The translations under genes and the position numbers were made by a program. A stretch of DNA of 64,000 nucleotides from an uncultured Actinomycetes bacterium (GTDB lineage Bacteria > Actinomycetota > Thermoleophilia > Gaiellales > Gaiellaceae): contig CAWEJN010000002.1 of NCBI GenBank assembly GCA_963809405.1, positions 795,175 through 859,174 of the forward strand, given 5' to 3'. Below the pieces are notes generated by a model, which saw only the letters and a list, made by a program, of their open reading frames with translations, had not been told where the DNA came from and did no database searches. Positions 8,656 to 18,208 of the stretch are shown here, piece by piece; the first letter of the stretch is position 1; each line of letters starts with the position of its first letter.

Positions 8656-8660
8656 ATCCC

Positions 8661-9803
8661 ATGACGCAAACCGAGCACCCCCACACCGAGACGAGCAGCC
8701 CGTTCCCACTCGCGGAACGACGAGGCCGCGCCACGGTCGTCGAGATCGGCGGCGTGCCGATCGGAGGTCCCGACCTCGCGCTCGTCGCAGGGCCGTGCTC
8801 CGTGGAGTCGGAGGTGCAGCTCCGTGAGACGGCGCTCGCAGCCAGGGCGGCCGGGGCGACCATCCTGCGCGGCGGCGCGTTCAAGCCACGCACGTCGCCG
8901 TACGCGTTCCAGGGCCTCGGCGAGCAAGGGCTCGCACTTCTTCGTCGCATCGGCGACGAGACGGGGATGCCCGTCGTGACGGAGGCGCTCGACCCGACTC
9001 AGGTCCCCCTCGTTGCGACCTACGCGGACGCGATCCAGATCGGCTCGCGGAACATGCACGTCGCTCCGCTCCTCCGCGCCGCCGGCGCCTCGGGCCTTCC
9101 CGTCCTCCTGAAGCGCGGGATGTCGGCGACGCTCGAGGAGTTCCTGCTCGCCGCCGAGACGGTCCTGCTCGAGGACAACGAGCGCGTCGTCCTCTGCGAG
9201 CGCGGGATCCGAACCTTCGACACGTACACGCGCAACTGCCTGGATGTCGGCGGCATCGCGTCGCTCAAGCGCCTGACGCACCTTCCCGTGCTCGCGGATC
9301 CGAGCCACGCCACCGGGCGTCGCGAGCTCGTCGCCGACACGGCTCTCGCGGCGGTTGCGGCGGGCGCCGACGGCCTTGTCGTCGAGGCGCACGTGGACCC
9401 GGCGTCGGCGCTCTCCGATCCGGACCAGCAGCTCCCTCCGGCCGAGCTCGCCGAGCTCGCCGAGCGCGTCCGGCGAGTGGCGCTCGCCGTCGGCCGCTCC
9501 CTCGGCAACCCGCACCCGGGAAGACGAGCCGACGAGCGCCCACCCGACGGCTTCGTCGGCCGGCTCCGCGAGGAGATCTCGGAAAACGACCGTGGGATCG
9601 TCGAGGCGATCAACACGCGGCTCGAGCTCGTCGCGCAGATGCAGAGGTACAAGGCCGCGAACGGGATCGAATTCCACGATCCGCGGCGCGAGCGGTCGCT
9701 CCTGCGATCGCTCCAGGAGACGAACCACGGGCCGCTCTCGCCCGAGGGGCTCGAGGAGATCCTGCTCACGCTCCTCGATCTCACGAAGCGCGAGGTCGCT
9801 TGA
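8661..9803 (+). CDS. 3-deoxy-7-phosphoheptulonate (DAHP) synthase, type I-beta, fused to a C-terminal chorismate mutase (AroQ-like) domain
   Basis: ATG 8661 (MTQTEHPH...). DAHPS/KDO8PS-type core ([53 protein letters not shown]). A C-terminal ~90 aa helical segment ([30 protein letters not shown]...[11 protein letters not shown]) resembles an AroQ chorismate mutase. Confidence 0.88.
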   Translation: MTQTEHPHTETSSPFPLAERRGRATVVEIGGVPIGGPDLALVAGPCSVESEVQLRETALAARAAGATILRGGAFKPRTSPYAFQGLGEQGLALLRRIGDETGMPVVTEALDPTQVPLVATYADAIQIGSRNMHVAPLLRAAGASGLPVLLKRGMSATLEEFLLAAETVLLEDNERVVLCERGIRTFDTYTRNCLDVGGIASLKRLTHLPVLADPSHATGRRELVADTALAAVAAGADGLVVEAHVDPASALSDPDQQLPPAELAELAERVRRVALAVGRSLGNPHPGRRADERPPDGFVGRLREEISENDRGIVEAINTRLELVAQMQRYKAANGIEFHDPRRERSLLRSLQETNHGPLSPEGLEEILLTLLDLTKREVA

Positions 9804-10034
9804 ACGTGACTCGAATCGAGGATTCGACGCGCGCAAAGCGGGGTACCGCAGTCACATGGTTCCCGCATTCGAGCTCGACTGCGAACCGCAGCTCGGCCCG
9901 ACGAGCGTCGCGCCGCCGCGTTTGCGGCTCGTAGAGGCCGGAGAAACCGCCACTCCGGGCGCTCGTCTCCCTATCGGGGAACCGGGGCGGGCGCCCACCT
10001 CGTTGACGAGACGCGTTTCACCGGAGCCCGCCGG

Positions 10035-10737
10035 TCACACGTCTCCGCGGGCAGCCCTCCGGAACCTCACCAGGCGGTTGATAGTGCGGGCGGGCACCCC
10101 GAGGTAGAGCGCGATCAGGAGGTAGAGGGCGACTCCGACGGTCGGAAACACGAACCCGACCGCGATCGCCGTCCCGTAGAAGACGTAGCTCGGCCGATGC
10201 TCGAACATCGCTTTCACGAACTCCTCCTCGACGTGATCCCGGACGAGACGGCGTCGCTCGAACGCGTAGCGCATGAAGAGGGTGAGCGAGACGACGAGCG
10301 CGAGCAGGGTGAGCCCGTAGAAGACGACGGCGACCCGCTCCGCGCTCTCCTCGCGGATGAACTCGCCCACGAGCTTCGTCGGAAAGGGCAGGAACGAGAC
10401 GAGTAGCAGCACGAGAAGGTTCAGCCGGTAGAGCGTCGCGTCTGCGCTGCGCTCCCGTGATCCCCGAGTGAGCGAGCCAGACGACCCCGATCGTCATGAA
10501 GCTCGTGACGTACGCGAGGTACTGCGGCCACTGGTGGAGGATCGCGTGCGCCAGGTGGCGGCTCGACCCCAGCGGGACGGCCAGCTCGAGCACGAGGAGC
10601 GTGATCGCAATCGCGAACACGCCGTCGCTGAACGCTTCGAGTCGTCCGAGCGGAAGCTCGTCCGGCCGGTGTGTCTCGTCCGCGTTCACGACACTCCCTT
10701 CGAGTCCTCGACTGTCCTCCCGCGCGCTCGGTGGCAC
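10035..10737 (-). pseudogene. TMEM175/DUF1211-family K+ channel-like gene with an apparent 1-nt frameshift
   Basis: The N-terminal half (RLEAFSDGVFAIAITLLVLE ... TIGVVWLAHS) is in the frame of ORF 10018..10737. The C-terminal half (DATLYRLNLLVLLLVSFLPFPTKL...) continues in the frame of ORF 10035..10412. The switch must lie within about 10433-10466. May be a sequencing error. Confidence 0.6.
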
Positions 10738-10851
10738 GAGCCGGACGGAAACGAAGCCGAGGTGTCACGCGAGCAAGTCTAGGACGCGTCCTGCTGGTCG
10801 ATCCGATCCGCGCCCCGGCTCCCGTCTTGGCCCACGACGAGAGCCTGGCCG

Positions 10852-11913
10852 ATGCTTAGGGTTCGACGCGTGAAGGTCCTGTCGGTGGTCGGGAACCGGC
10901 CGCAGTTCGTCAAGTCCGCGCCGCTTTCCGTCGCCCTTCGTGCCGCGGGCATCGACGAGGTCGTCGTCCACACGGGTCAGCACTACGACCGGGAGCTGTC
11001 GGAGGTCTTCCTCGAGGAGCTCGAGCTGCCGGAGCCGCGATACCGACTCGATCTCCACACCGCCGACCCGGACGCGATGGAGCCCAGCATCGCGCGGGCG
11101 CTCGTCCGGGAGCGCCCACACCTCGTCCTCGTCTACGGGGACACGAACTCCACACTCGCTGCGTCGCGGGCGGCCGTGGACGCAGGGGTTCGGACCGCGC
11201 ACGTGGAGGCGGGGCTGCGGAGCGGCGACCTCTCGATGCCGGAGGAGAACACGCGCATCGAGGTCGATCACGTCTCCTCGATCCTCTTCTGCCCGGATCA
11301 GCGGGCGCGCGCGACCCTCATCGAGGAGAACACGCCGGGTCAGATCCACGTCGTCGGCGACGTCATGGCCGACGCGTGCTTCAAGTTCGCGCCGATCGCC
11401 AGGCAGCGCTGCCCGATCCCATTCGAGCCGCAGACCTACGTCGTCGCGACCGTGCACCGGCAGGCGAACGTCTTCCAACCGAGGCTCGGGCGGATCGTCG
11501 ACGGGCTCAACCGGATCCAGGACCGGGTCGTGTTCCCCGCCCATCCGCGAACGCGAGAGCAGATCGAGCGGGAGGAGATCGCTCTCGCGCCGAACGTGCG
11601 GCTGACCGATCCGCTCTCCTACTTCGAGCTCGCCTCCCTCGCCTCGCAGGCGCGCGTCATCGTGACCGACTCGGGCGGGCTGCAGAAGGAGGCGTACTGG
11701 TACGGCGTCCCGTGCGTGACCGTACGTCCGTCTACGGAATGGGTCGACACCGTCGAGGCGGGCGCGAACGTGCTCGTCGACGACGATCCCGAGTTGATGG
11801 AGGAGGCGGTGACGAGGGCGACGATGCCCGGCGGGCGTCCCGTCCTGTACGGCGACGGGCACGCGTCCGAGCGGATCGCGGAGGTGCTCCACGCTACGAT
11901 GCCCGGCCCATGA
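10852..11913 (+). CDS. UDP-N-acetylglucosamine 2-epimerase family (WecB/WbpI-like)
   Basis: 353 aa. Contains GNRPQFVK, HTGQHYD, VYGDTNSTLA, HVEAGLRS, PEENTR and TDSGGLQKEAY. The start could instead be GTG 10870. Confidence 0.85.
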   Translation: MLRVRRVKVLSVVGNRPQFVKSAPLSVALRAAGIDEVVVHTGQHYDRELSEVFLEELELPEPRYRLDLHTADPDAMEPSIARALVRERPHLVLVYGDTNSTLAASRAAVDAGVRTAHVEAGLRSGDLSMPEENTRIEVDHVSSILFCPDQRARATLIEENTPGQIHVVGDVMADACFKFAPIARQRCPIPFEPQTYVVATVHRQANVFQPRLGRIVDGLNRIQDRVVFPAHPRTREQIEREEIALAPNVRLTDPLSYFELASLASQARVIVTDSGGLQKEAYWYGVPCVTVRPSTEWVDTVEAGANVLVDDDPELMEEAVTRATMPGGRPVLYGDGHASERIAEVLHATMPGP

Positions 11914-13181
11914 AGCGCGACGTCGCCATCGTCGGCGCCGGCTACGTCGGCGTTCCGCTCGCCCGCGTCTTCGCCGACGCGGGCCGGAAGGTCGTCCTCG
12001 TGGACATCCAGCGGTCGCGGGTCGACCAGCTCAACCGCGGAGAGAGCTACATCGAAGACGTCACCTCGGAGGAGCTCCAGGCCATCGTCGGCGACGGACG
12101 GCTCGTCGCGACGACCGACTACGACGAGCTCCGGGAGGCCGCTGCCATCCTCATCGCGCTGCCGACGCCGCTCTCGCGCCAGCGCGAGCCGGACCTGTCG
12201 ATCCTCCTCTCGGCGACGGAGGAGGTCGCGAAGCGTCTTCGCCCGGGCCACGTCGTCGTCCTCGAGTCGACAACGTATCCGGGGACCACGCGGGAGAAGC
12301 TCCAGCCGCTCCTCGAGGCGGGCAGCGGGCTCCAGGCGGGGACGGACTTTCACCTCGCGTTCTCGCCGGAGCGGGTCGATCCCGGCCGTGGCGACTGGAC
12401 GACGAAGAACGTGCCGAAGGTCGTCGGAGGGATCGACGAGGCGTCGACCGAGGCAGCCGCGGCCGTGTATGCCGTGGCCGTCGACGACGTGTACCGGGTC
12501 TCCTCGCCGGAAGCGGCAGAGCTGACGAAGCTGCTCGAGAACATCTTCCGCTCGGTCAACATCGCGCTCGTCAACGAGCTCGCTCAGCTCTGCGACCGGA
12601 TGAACATCGACGTCTGGGAGGTGATCGAGGCCGCCTCGACGAAGCCGTTCGGCTTCATGACGTTCAAGCCGGGGCCGGGCCTCGGAGGTCACTGCATCCC
12701 GATCGACCCGTTCTACCTCACGTGGAAGGCGCGGGAGTACGGCTTCTACACCGAGTTCATCGAGCTCGCCGGGAAGGTGAACGAGTCGATGCCCTACTTC
12801 TGCCGCTCGCTCGTCTCGCAGGCGCTGAACCACGCGCGGCAGCGCTCGCTCTCCGGCTCCGAGATCCTCGTGCTCGGCGTCGCGTACAAGCCGAACATCT
12901 CGGACACCCGCGAGTCGCCCGCCGTGAAGCTGATCGCGCTCCTGCAGAACGCGGGGGCGAAGGTCTCCTACCACGACCCGCACGTCCCGTCGCTCACGGA
13001 GAACGGGATCACGTTGGAGTCGGTCGCGCTCGACCCCGGTGCCTACGACTGCGTCGTCGTCGTCACCGACCACGCGGACGTCGACTACGACCAGCTGGTC
13101 GAGGACGCCGCGCTCGTCGTCGACCTCCGCAACGCGACGGGCTCGAACGGGAAGCACTCCGACAAGGTCTGGAAGCTGTGA
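11910..13181 (+). CDS. UDP-sugar 6-dehydrogenase (UDP-GlcNAc/ManNAc dehydrogenase family, WbpA/WecC-like)
   Basis: ATG 11910 overlaps the upstream stop (ATGA). Contains VGAGYVGVPLA, ESTTYPGTT, FSPERVDPG, NELA, GPGLGGHCIPIDP and GVAYKPN. Confidence 0.85.
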   Translation: MKRDVAIVGAGYVGVPLARVFADAGRKVVLVDIQRSRVDQLNRGESYIEDVTSEELQAIVGDGRLVATTDYDELREAAAILIALPTPLSRQREPDLSILLSATEEVAKRLRPGHVVVLESTTYPGTTREKLQPLLEAGSGLQAGTDFHLAFSPERVDPGRGDWTTKNVPKVVGGIDEASTEAAAAVYAVAVDDVYRVSSPEAAELTKLLENIFRSVNIALVNELAQLCDRMNIDVWEVIEAASTKPFGFMTFKPGPGLGGHCIPIDPFYLTWKAREYGFYTEFIELAGKVNESMPYFCRSLVSQALNHARQRSLSGSEILVLGVAYKPNISDTRESPAVKLIALLQNAGAKVSYHDPHVPSLTENGITLESVALDPGAYDCVVVVTDHADVDYDQLVEDAALVVDLRNATGSNGKHSDKVWKL

Positions 13182-14152
13182 CCGCGAGAGTCGGGGTCGC
13201 AGGCCTCGGTCACTGGGGGCCGAACCTCGCGCGCAACTTCGCGGAGCTCGCCGAGCTCACGTGGCTCTGCGACTCAGACGACTCGAAACGGGAGCCGAGC
13301 GCCGCCCGCTACCCAGGCGCGCGCTGGACCGACAGCTTCGACGAGATGCTCGCGGACGAGAAGCTCGACGCGGTGGTCGTCGCCACTCCCGTGCCGACCC
13401 ACTTCGACCTCGCGCGTCGCGCGCTCGCCGCCGGGAAGCACGTCCTCGTCGAGAAACCTCCCGCGATGAAGGGCCACGAGATGGACGACCTCGTCTCGCT
13501 CGCCGACGAGCGCGGCCTCACCCTCATGCCGGGACACCTCCTCCTCTACCACCCGGCCGTGCAGAAGCTCAAGGAGATGATCGACGCCGGCGAGCTCGGC
13601 GACGTCCTGTGCGTGTACGGGAACCGGCAGAACCTCGGGATCATCCGCTCGAACGAGAACGCGCTCTGGTCGCTCGGTGTGCACGACCTGTCGGTGATCC
13701 TCCACCTCCTCGACGAGGAGCCCGAGCGCTGCGTCGCATTCGGGCGGGACTTTCTGACCCAGGGCGTCGAGGACGTCGTCTTCTGCTACCTGCGCTTCCC
13801 GTCGGGGAAGATCGCGCACATGCACCTGTCCTGGCTCGACCCGCACAAGATGCGGAAGATGACCGTCGTCGGCACCGAGAAGATGGTCGTCTTCGACGAC
13901 ATGGAGCTCGAGCGCAAGGTCACGGTCTACGAGAAGGGCCCGTGGAAGCCGGCCGAGCGCTACGGCGAATGGCAGACGAGGACCGGCGACATCTTCAGCC
14001 CGCGACTCCCGAACGACGAGCCCTTGAAGCTCGAGTGTCGGCACTTCCTCTCTCTCGTCGCCGGGGAAGGCGACAGGAGCAGGGTCGCGCATGACGGCGC
14101 CCGCGTCGTCCGGACGCTGGACATCCTCACCGCCTCGCTCGATGGCAGCTGA
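13178..14152 (+). CDS. Gfo/Idh/MocA-family NAD-dependent oxidoreductase (WbpB-like)
   Basis: GTG 13178 overlaps the upstream stop (GTGA). Contains VGVAGLGHWGPN, VVVATPVPTHFDLARRALAAGKHVLVEKP and a C-terminal alpha/beta domain. Confidence 0.8.
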   Translation: MTARVGVAGLGHWGPNLARNFAELAELTWLCDSDDSKREPSAARYPGARWTDSFDEMLADEKLDAVVVATPVPTHFDLARRALAAGKHVLVEKPPAMKGHEMDDLVSLADERGLTLMPGHLLLYHPAVQKLKEMIDAGELGDVLCVYGNRQNLGIIRSNENALWSLGVHDLSVILHLLDEEPERCVAFGRDFLTQGVEDVVFCYLRFPSGKIAHMHLSWLDPHKMRKMTVVGTEKMVVFDDMELERKVTVYEKGPWKPAERYGEWQTRTGDIFSPRLPNDEPLKLECRHFLSLVAGEGDRSRVAHDGARVVRTLDILTASLDGS

Positions 14153-14789
14153 GGTCCACCCGAGCGCGACCGTCTACCCCGGCACCGTCCTCGGCGAGGG
14201 TGTCAGGGTCCTCGAGAACGCGGTCATCGGCAAGCAGCCCGCGCTCTCACCCCGCTCGACGGCCAAGAAGGAGCCGCTCCCGCCGACCGTGGTCGGCTCG
14301 GGCACCGTCGTCTCGACCGGGGCGATCGTGTTCGCCGGTTCGGTCATCGGCGAGCGCGTCATCCTCGGCGACCAGTCCTGCGTGCGCGAGCGGGTCACGA
14401 TCGGGGACGACGTCGTCCTCGGACGAGGCTCGCTCGTCGAGAACGATACGACGATCGGCGCGATGACCCGCATCCAGGCGGATGCGTACGTCACCGCGTA
14501 CTCGACGATCGAGGAGCACGTCTTCATCGCTCCCTGCGTCGTCACGACGAACGACAACTTCATGGGCCGCACCGAGCGACGGCACGAGCTGATGAAGGGC
14601 CCGACGATCCGGCGTGGAGCGCGCGTCGGCGGCGGAGCGATCCTCTGTCCCGGGATCGAGGTGGGCGAGGAAGCGTTCGTCGGCGCGGGCGCGGTCGTGA
14701 CGAAGGACGTGCCGCCGCGTGTGGTCGTCGTCGGGAATCCGGCGCGCGTGCTCCGCGACGTCCCCGAGGACGAGCTGCTCCTGCCGTAG
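14142..14789 (+). CDS. left-handed beta-helix (hexapeptide-repeat) acyl/acetyltransferase (WbpD-like)
   Basis: Start taken at ATG 14142 (MAAEVHPSATV). Imperfect hexapeptide repeats run throughout (VIGERVILGDQSCV, VTIGDDVVLGRGSLV, ARVGGGAILCPGIEVG). Confidence 0.75.
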   Translation: MAAEVHPSATVYPGTVLGEGVRVLENAVIGKQPALSPRSTAKKEPLPPTVVGSGTVVSTGAIVFAGSVIGERVILGDQSCVRERVTIGDDVVLGRGSLVENDTTIGAMTRIQADAYVTAYSTIEEHVFIAPCVVTTNDNFMGRTERRHELMKGPTIRRGARVGGGAILCPGIEVGEEAFVGAGAVVTKDVPPRVVVVGNPARVLRDVPEDELLLP

Positions 14790-14817
14790 TCGGCGGTCGC
14801 TGCGCGTCCGGCGGGCG

Positions 14818-16494
14818 CTACGGAAGTGCCGGCGGCGTGCCCTTGACGATCGTCAACCGGTACCGCGTCGTCCCGGGGCTCGACATGCGGACCTGAATGT
14901 AGAACGTGCCCGCCTTCCTCGCCTGGTAGGCGAAGTACTGACGTCCGCCCGGGCGTGCGGAGGTCCGGACACGCAGGCGCGACCTCCGGAGATCCGCGAT
15001 CGACTTCGTCGCCGGCGACCACAGGGCGAGACCGAGGTCGCCGGACGGGAACGTGTCCGGCGTCAGCCCGACGTACACGCGCTGCTCGGCCTTGAGGGAG
15101 ATCGCGTAGACGTCGTCCTGGTCGTCCCAGAAGTCCACGGAAGCGCTGAGACGCCGCTCGGCGCCCTTCACGCTGTGCAGGACATATGAGCGCGAGCCGG
15201 CGTCGTCGTTCGGCTCGTACCGGTCCGCGACGGGCACATGGCCGGAGAGCGCCCCGATCGCGGCCGCGACGTCGAGCTTCCCCCAGCCCGTCAGCGGATC
15301 GCGTCCCGGAGCGCAGTTGGCGCACCCGTTCGCAGCCGACATGTCGACGGCGGTGCGTTCGAGGATCGACGTCACCTGATCCGACGTCAAGAGTGGCCGC
15401 AGGCTCAGGAGAACCGCCGCCGCCGCGGTCACCTGAGGTGCCGCGAACGAGGTGCCCTGTGCCTCCCGGTAGTCGTCGGGGCCGCAGCTCGAGTAGCCCT
15501 GATCCGAGCAGGACGGGAAGCGCGCGGTCAGCGGGCGGGGGAACACGGAGAAGATCTGGACTCCCGGGGCGGCGATGTCGTCGAAGATCCGGTCGCGGTT
15601 GGAGAACGTGGGAACAACGCCGCCAGGCCCGTAGGCGCTGACTCCGAGCACGTGCGGCAGTGCCGCGGGGTAGCTCGCGTAGTTCCAGGGGCTCGTGGGC
15701 GCGCTGTCGCTGTTCCCGGCGGCCGCCACGACGACGACGCCGTTCCTCACTGCGTACGAGACCGCATCCGCCTCGAGCCGCGAGTAGCCGTCGAGGTTCG
15801 GGTCGAGCGGGTCTCGGAGCCCGCCGAGGCTCATGTTGATGACGCGTGCGCCGTTGTCGACGGCCCAGCGGATCGCGCGCGCCTCCGCATCGATCGGGAT
15901 GTTGCGCGACGGCGTGACGACCTTCGCGACGAGGAGCTGCGCCGAGGGCGCGAGCCCGGCGATCCCGATCCCGTTGTCGACGCCGGCCGCGATCAGTCCT
16001 GCGACGAACGTTCCGTGGCCCAGCGGGTCGACCGTCGCCGAGCCGCCCACGAAGCTCTTCGCTGCGAGGATGCGACCGGCGAGCTCCGGATGCCCCGCGT
16101 CGACGCCCGAGTCGATGACGGCGACCGGGATCCGCTCGAAGGCGGGGAACGTGAGCCACGGCTGGTAGAAGTGGCTCTCCGTGAGGTACCACTGCCTGGA
16201 GACGAACGGATCGGTCGGCGTCAGCGTCAGGCGCCGGGTGCCGACAGGCTCGACGTAGCGGACGCCACGGATCCCCGCGAACGACGTTCCAACCGGCGCG
16301 TTCACGACCAGCGCCCGGATCGGCGCGAGGCTCTCGGGCTTCGTCCCGGTCCGTCGCTCGACGGCCTTCGCCATCGCCGCCGGGCGGAAGCCCGGTGCGA
16401 TTCCGATCGCGATCCGTGCGGCATCGGCACTCGGCGGGCCTGCGAGCCAGACCGCAGCCGCGATGCCGAGTACGAGAAAGCTCCGCACTCTCAT
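14818..16494 (-). CDS. secreted subtilisin-like (S8) serine protease with C-terminal pre-peptidase-like beta domain
   Basis: ATG 16494 (MRVRSFLVLGIAAAVWLAGPPSADA) overlaps the SpoIID stop (ATGA). Catalytic triad contexts VAVIDSGVD, GHGTFVAG and GTSFAAPQV. Confidence 0.85.
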   Translation of the reverse strand: MRVRSFLVLGIAAAVWLAGPPSADAARIAIGIAPGFRPAAMAKAVERRTGTKPESLAPIRALVVNAPVGTSFAGIRGVRYVEPVGTRRLTLTPTDPFVSRQWYLTESHFYQPWLTFPAFERIPVAVIDSGVDAGHPELAGRILAAKSFVGGSATVDPLGHGTFVAGLIAAGVDNGIGIAGLAPSAQLLVAKVVTPSRNIPIDAEARAIRWAVDNGARVINMSLGGLRDPLDPNLDGYSRLEADAVSYAVRNGVVVVAAAGNSDSAPTSPWNYASYPAALPHVLGVSAYGPGGVVPTFSNRDRIFDDIAAPGVQIFSVFPRPLTARFPSCSDQGYSSCGPDDYREAQGTSFAAPQVTAAAAVLLSLRPLLTSDQVTSILERTAVDMSAANGCANCAPGRDPLTGWGKLDVAAAIGALSGHVPVADRYEPNDDAGSRSYVLHSVKGAERRLSASVDFWDDQDDVYAISLKAEQRVYVGLTPDTFPSGDLGLALWSPATKSIADLRRSRLRVRTSARPGGRQYFAYQARKAGTFYIQVRMSSPGTTRYRLTIVKGTPPALP

Positions 16495-18131
16495 CCCTTG
16501 ACCTCGAGCACCGGCGTCGTCCCCTCCGCGAATCCCCCCGTTGCCGGAACGCGGGCACGATAGCTCCCGGGCGTCAGGGCGAGCGAGACGTGGAAGGCCC
16601 CGGTCGCGTCGACGGGCGTACGGCCGACCTGGACCCAGCCGGTCGACCCGAGGCGTTCCACGATCGCCGTTGCACCCGTCAGACGGGGCTTGACCGTGCC
16701 GGCGAGCTCGCCGAGGTCTGCCGGGACCGAGATCCGCACCCGCGGCGAGACGCGGATGAGGAGCGCAGGCGAGCTGGCGCCCTTCACCTCGATGCGGTAG
16801 CGCATCGTCTTGACCGGACGCGCGACCACGTCGAGCGCTCCGCTCGAGTCCGGCTGCACGGCTCCGACACGCGTCCACGCGACACCGTTCGCCGACGAGC
16901 TCAGGGCCGGCGAGACGAGCCCGCGAGCGATTCCCGTCAGGTGGACGGCGGAGCCGTAGACGACGGGCGCGGTCGGACGATCGAGCCGGAGCACGCCGAT
17001 CGTGACCCAGGTCGAGCGCAGCCCGAGCCCGGTGCGCAGGAGCGCGGACGGGATGGTCGTCGGACCGGTCGCCGTCGTCAGAGAGAGCGAGCGCAGGCGG
17101 CCGGACGGCGTCGGGACGCCGACGGCGTCGACGATGTGGCCCTTCACGCCGAGCTTCGACTGGAGCGTGCGAGAGCCGAAGAGGATCGGTCCCCACGAGT
17201 GGTACGGCGAGGCCGAGTCCCACGGGTCCGGGCGCGAGACGAGATACGGGACGGCGATCCCGAACACGTCCTGCGCGCTCGCGGTCTTCCCACCGGACGA
17301 GGAGAAGTAGAGCGTCGATGCGACCTTGCCGCCGTAGGTGACGATCCGACCGGCGGTCGCGCTCACCGCCGCGGAGGTGCGCGGCTTCTCGCCGGCGACG
17401 CCGAGGTAGACCTGGCTGCGCTGGTCTGCATACAGGTCGAAGGGCTTGTTCCTCACGAGGTTCGCGAGCGCGTACGATCGAGCGGCGACCGCCTGTGCCT
17501 CGAGCGCCGCGGACGGCCAGGCCTGCGGCATCTCGCCCGGGACCACGCCCTGGATATAGAGCTCGAGCCCAACGATGTCGACGGCCCGGAGGAACGCGCT
17601 CTGGACGGCGACCTCGAGCTTGCCGCGGTACGCGCGCCCGTCGAGCGAGAGCGGCGCCCCCTTGCCGGGCCGCACGACGAGCGGGCCGGTCGCCGGGATC
17701 GGCCCCGCCGGGTCGGGAAGCGTGAGGTCGGTACGGAGGATGAGAGGGCCTGCGGGGATGCGGTAGGCCGTCCCGGTCGCGTCGACTACGGAGTACGGGA
17801 CCGTGGACGAGATCGTCAGCGCCTTCCGCCCTTCCTCGAGGAGGACACGCACGCTCGCCTTCGTCGTCCGCCCGAGTTGCGTCCCCGCGTAGTAGTAGGC
17901 GAGGATCTTGTCGTACGTGTAGCCGGCGTTCGCCATGCCGTAGGCGCCGAACTGGCTCATGCCCACGCCGTGCCCGTAACCGCGTCCGGAGACGACGAAG
18001 AGCGGGTCGCCCGGCTCGGTCGTCGGAGCCGCCTGCGCTGCCGTGCTGGCTGGAGATGCATCCGCAGACGCCCCGACGAGCGAGGCGCAGAGCAGAGCGA
18101 AAGCGGAGAGGAAAGCGATGCGAGGGCGCAC
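16491..18131 (-). CDS. SpoIID/LytB-domain protein (amidase enhancer / lytic transglycosylase-like) with C-terminal Ig-like repeats
   Basis: 546 aa with a signal peptide. Contains GRGYGHGVGMSQFGAYGMA, LELYIQGVVPGEMP, ALEAQAVAARSYA and YFSSSGGKTA. Confidence 0.8.
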   Translation of the reverse strand: MRPRIAFLSAFALLCASLVGASADASPASTAAQAAPTTEPGDPLFVVSGRGYGHGVGMSQFGAYGMANAGYTYDKILAYYYAGTQLGRTTKASVRVLLEEGRKALTISSTVPYSVVDATGTAYRIPAGPLILRTDLTLPDPAGPIPATGPLVVRPGKGAPLSLDGRAYRGKLEVAVQSAFLRAVDIVGLELYIQGVVPGEMPQAWPSAALEAQAVAARSYALANLVRNKPFDLYADQRSQVYLGVAGEKPRTSAAVSATAGRIVTYGGKVASTLYFSSSGGKTASAQDVFGIAVPYLVSRPDPWDSASPYHSWGPILFGSRTLQSKLGVKGHIVDAVGVPTPSGRLRSLSLTTATGPTTIPSALLRTGLGLRSTWVTIGVLRLDRPTAPVVYGSAVHLTGIARGLVSPALSSSANGVAWTRVGAVQPDSSGALDVVARPVKTMRYRIEVKGASSPALLIRVSPRVRISVPADLGELAGTVKPRLTGATAIVERLGSTGWVQVGRTPVDATGAFHVSLALTPGSYRARVPATGGFAEGTTPVLEVKG

Positions 18132-18208
18132 GGAAACCGTCCAGGCTAGCTGGGAGGGGTTAACGACTTATGTTCTCGACAGAAGATGACAGCCCTTGAG
18201 TTGCCGCA

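Noticed and set aside
9804-10034. Possible small RNA or terminator in the convergent aro / TMEM175 spacer (hairpin TCGAATC-GAG-GATTCGA at about 9812-9828; ORF 9355-10107)
   Set aside because: The hairpin is short with no U tract. The overlapping ORF is Arg/Ser-rich shadow sequence. There is nothing I can support beyond a weak stem.
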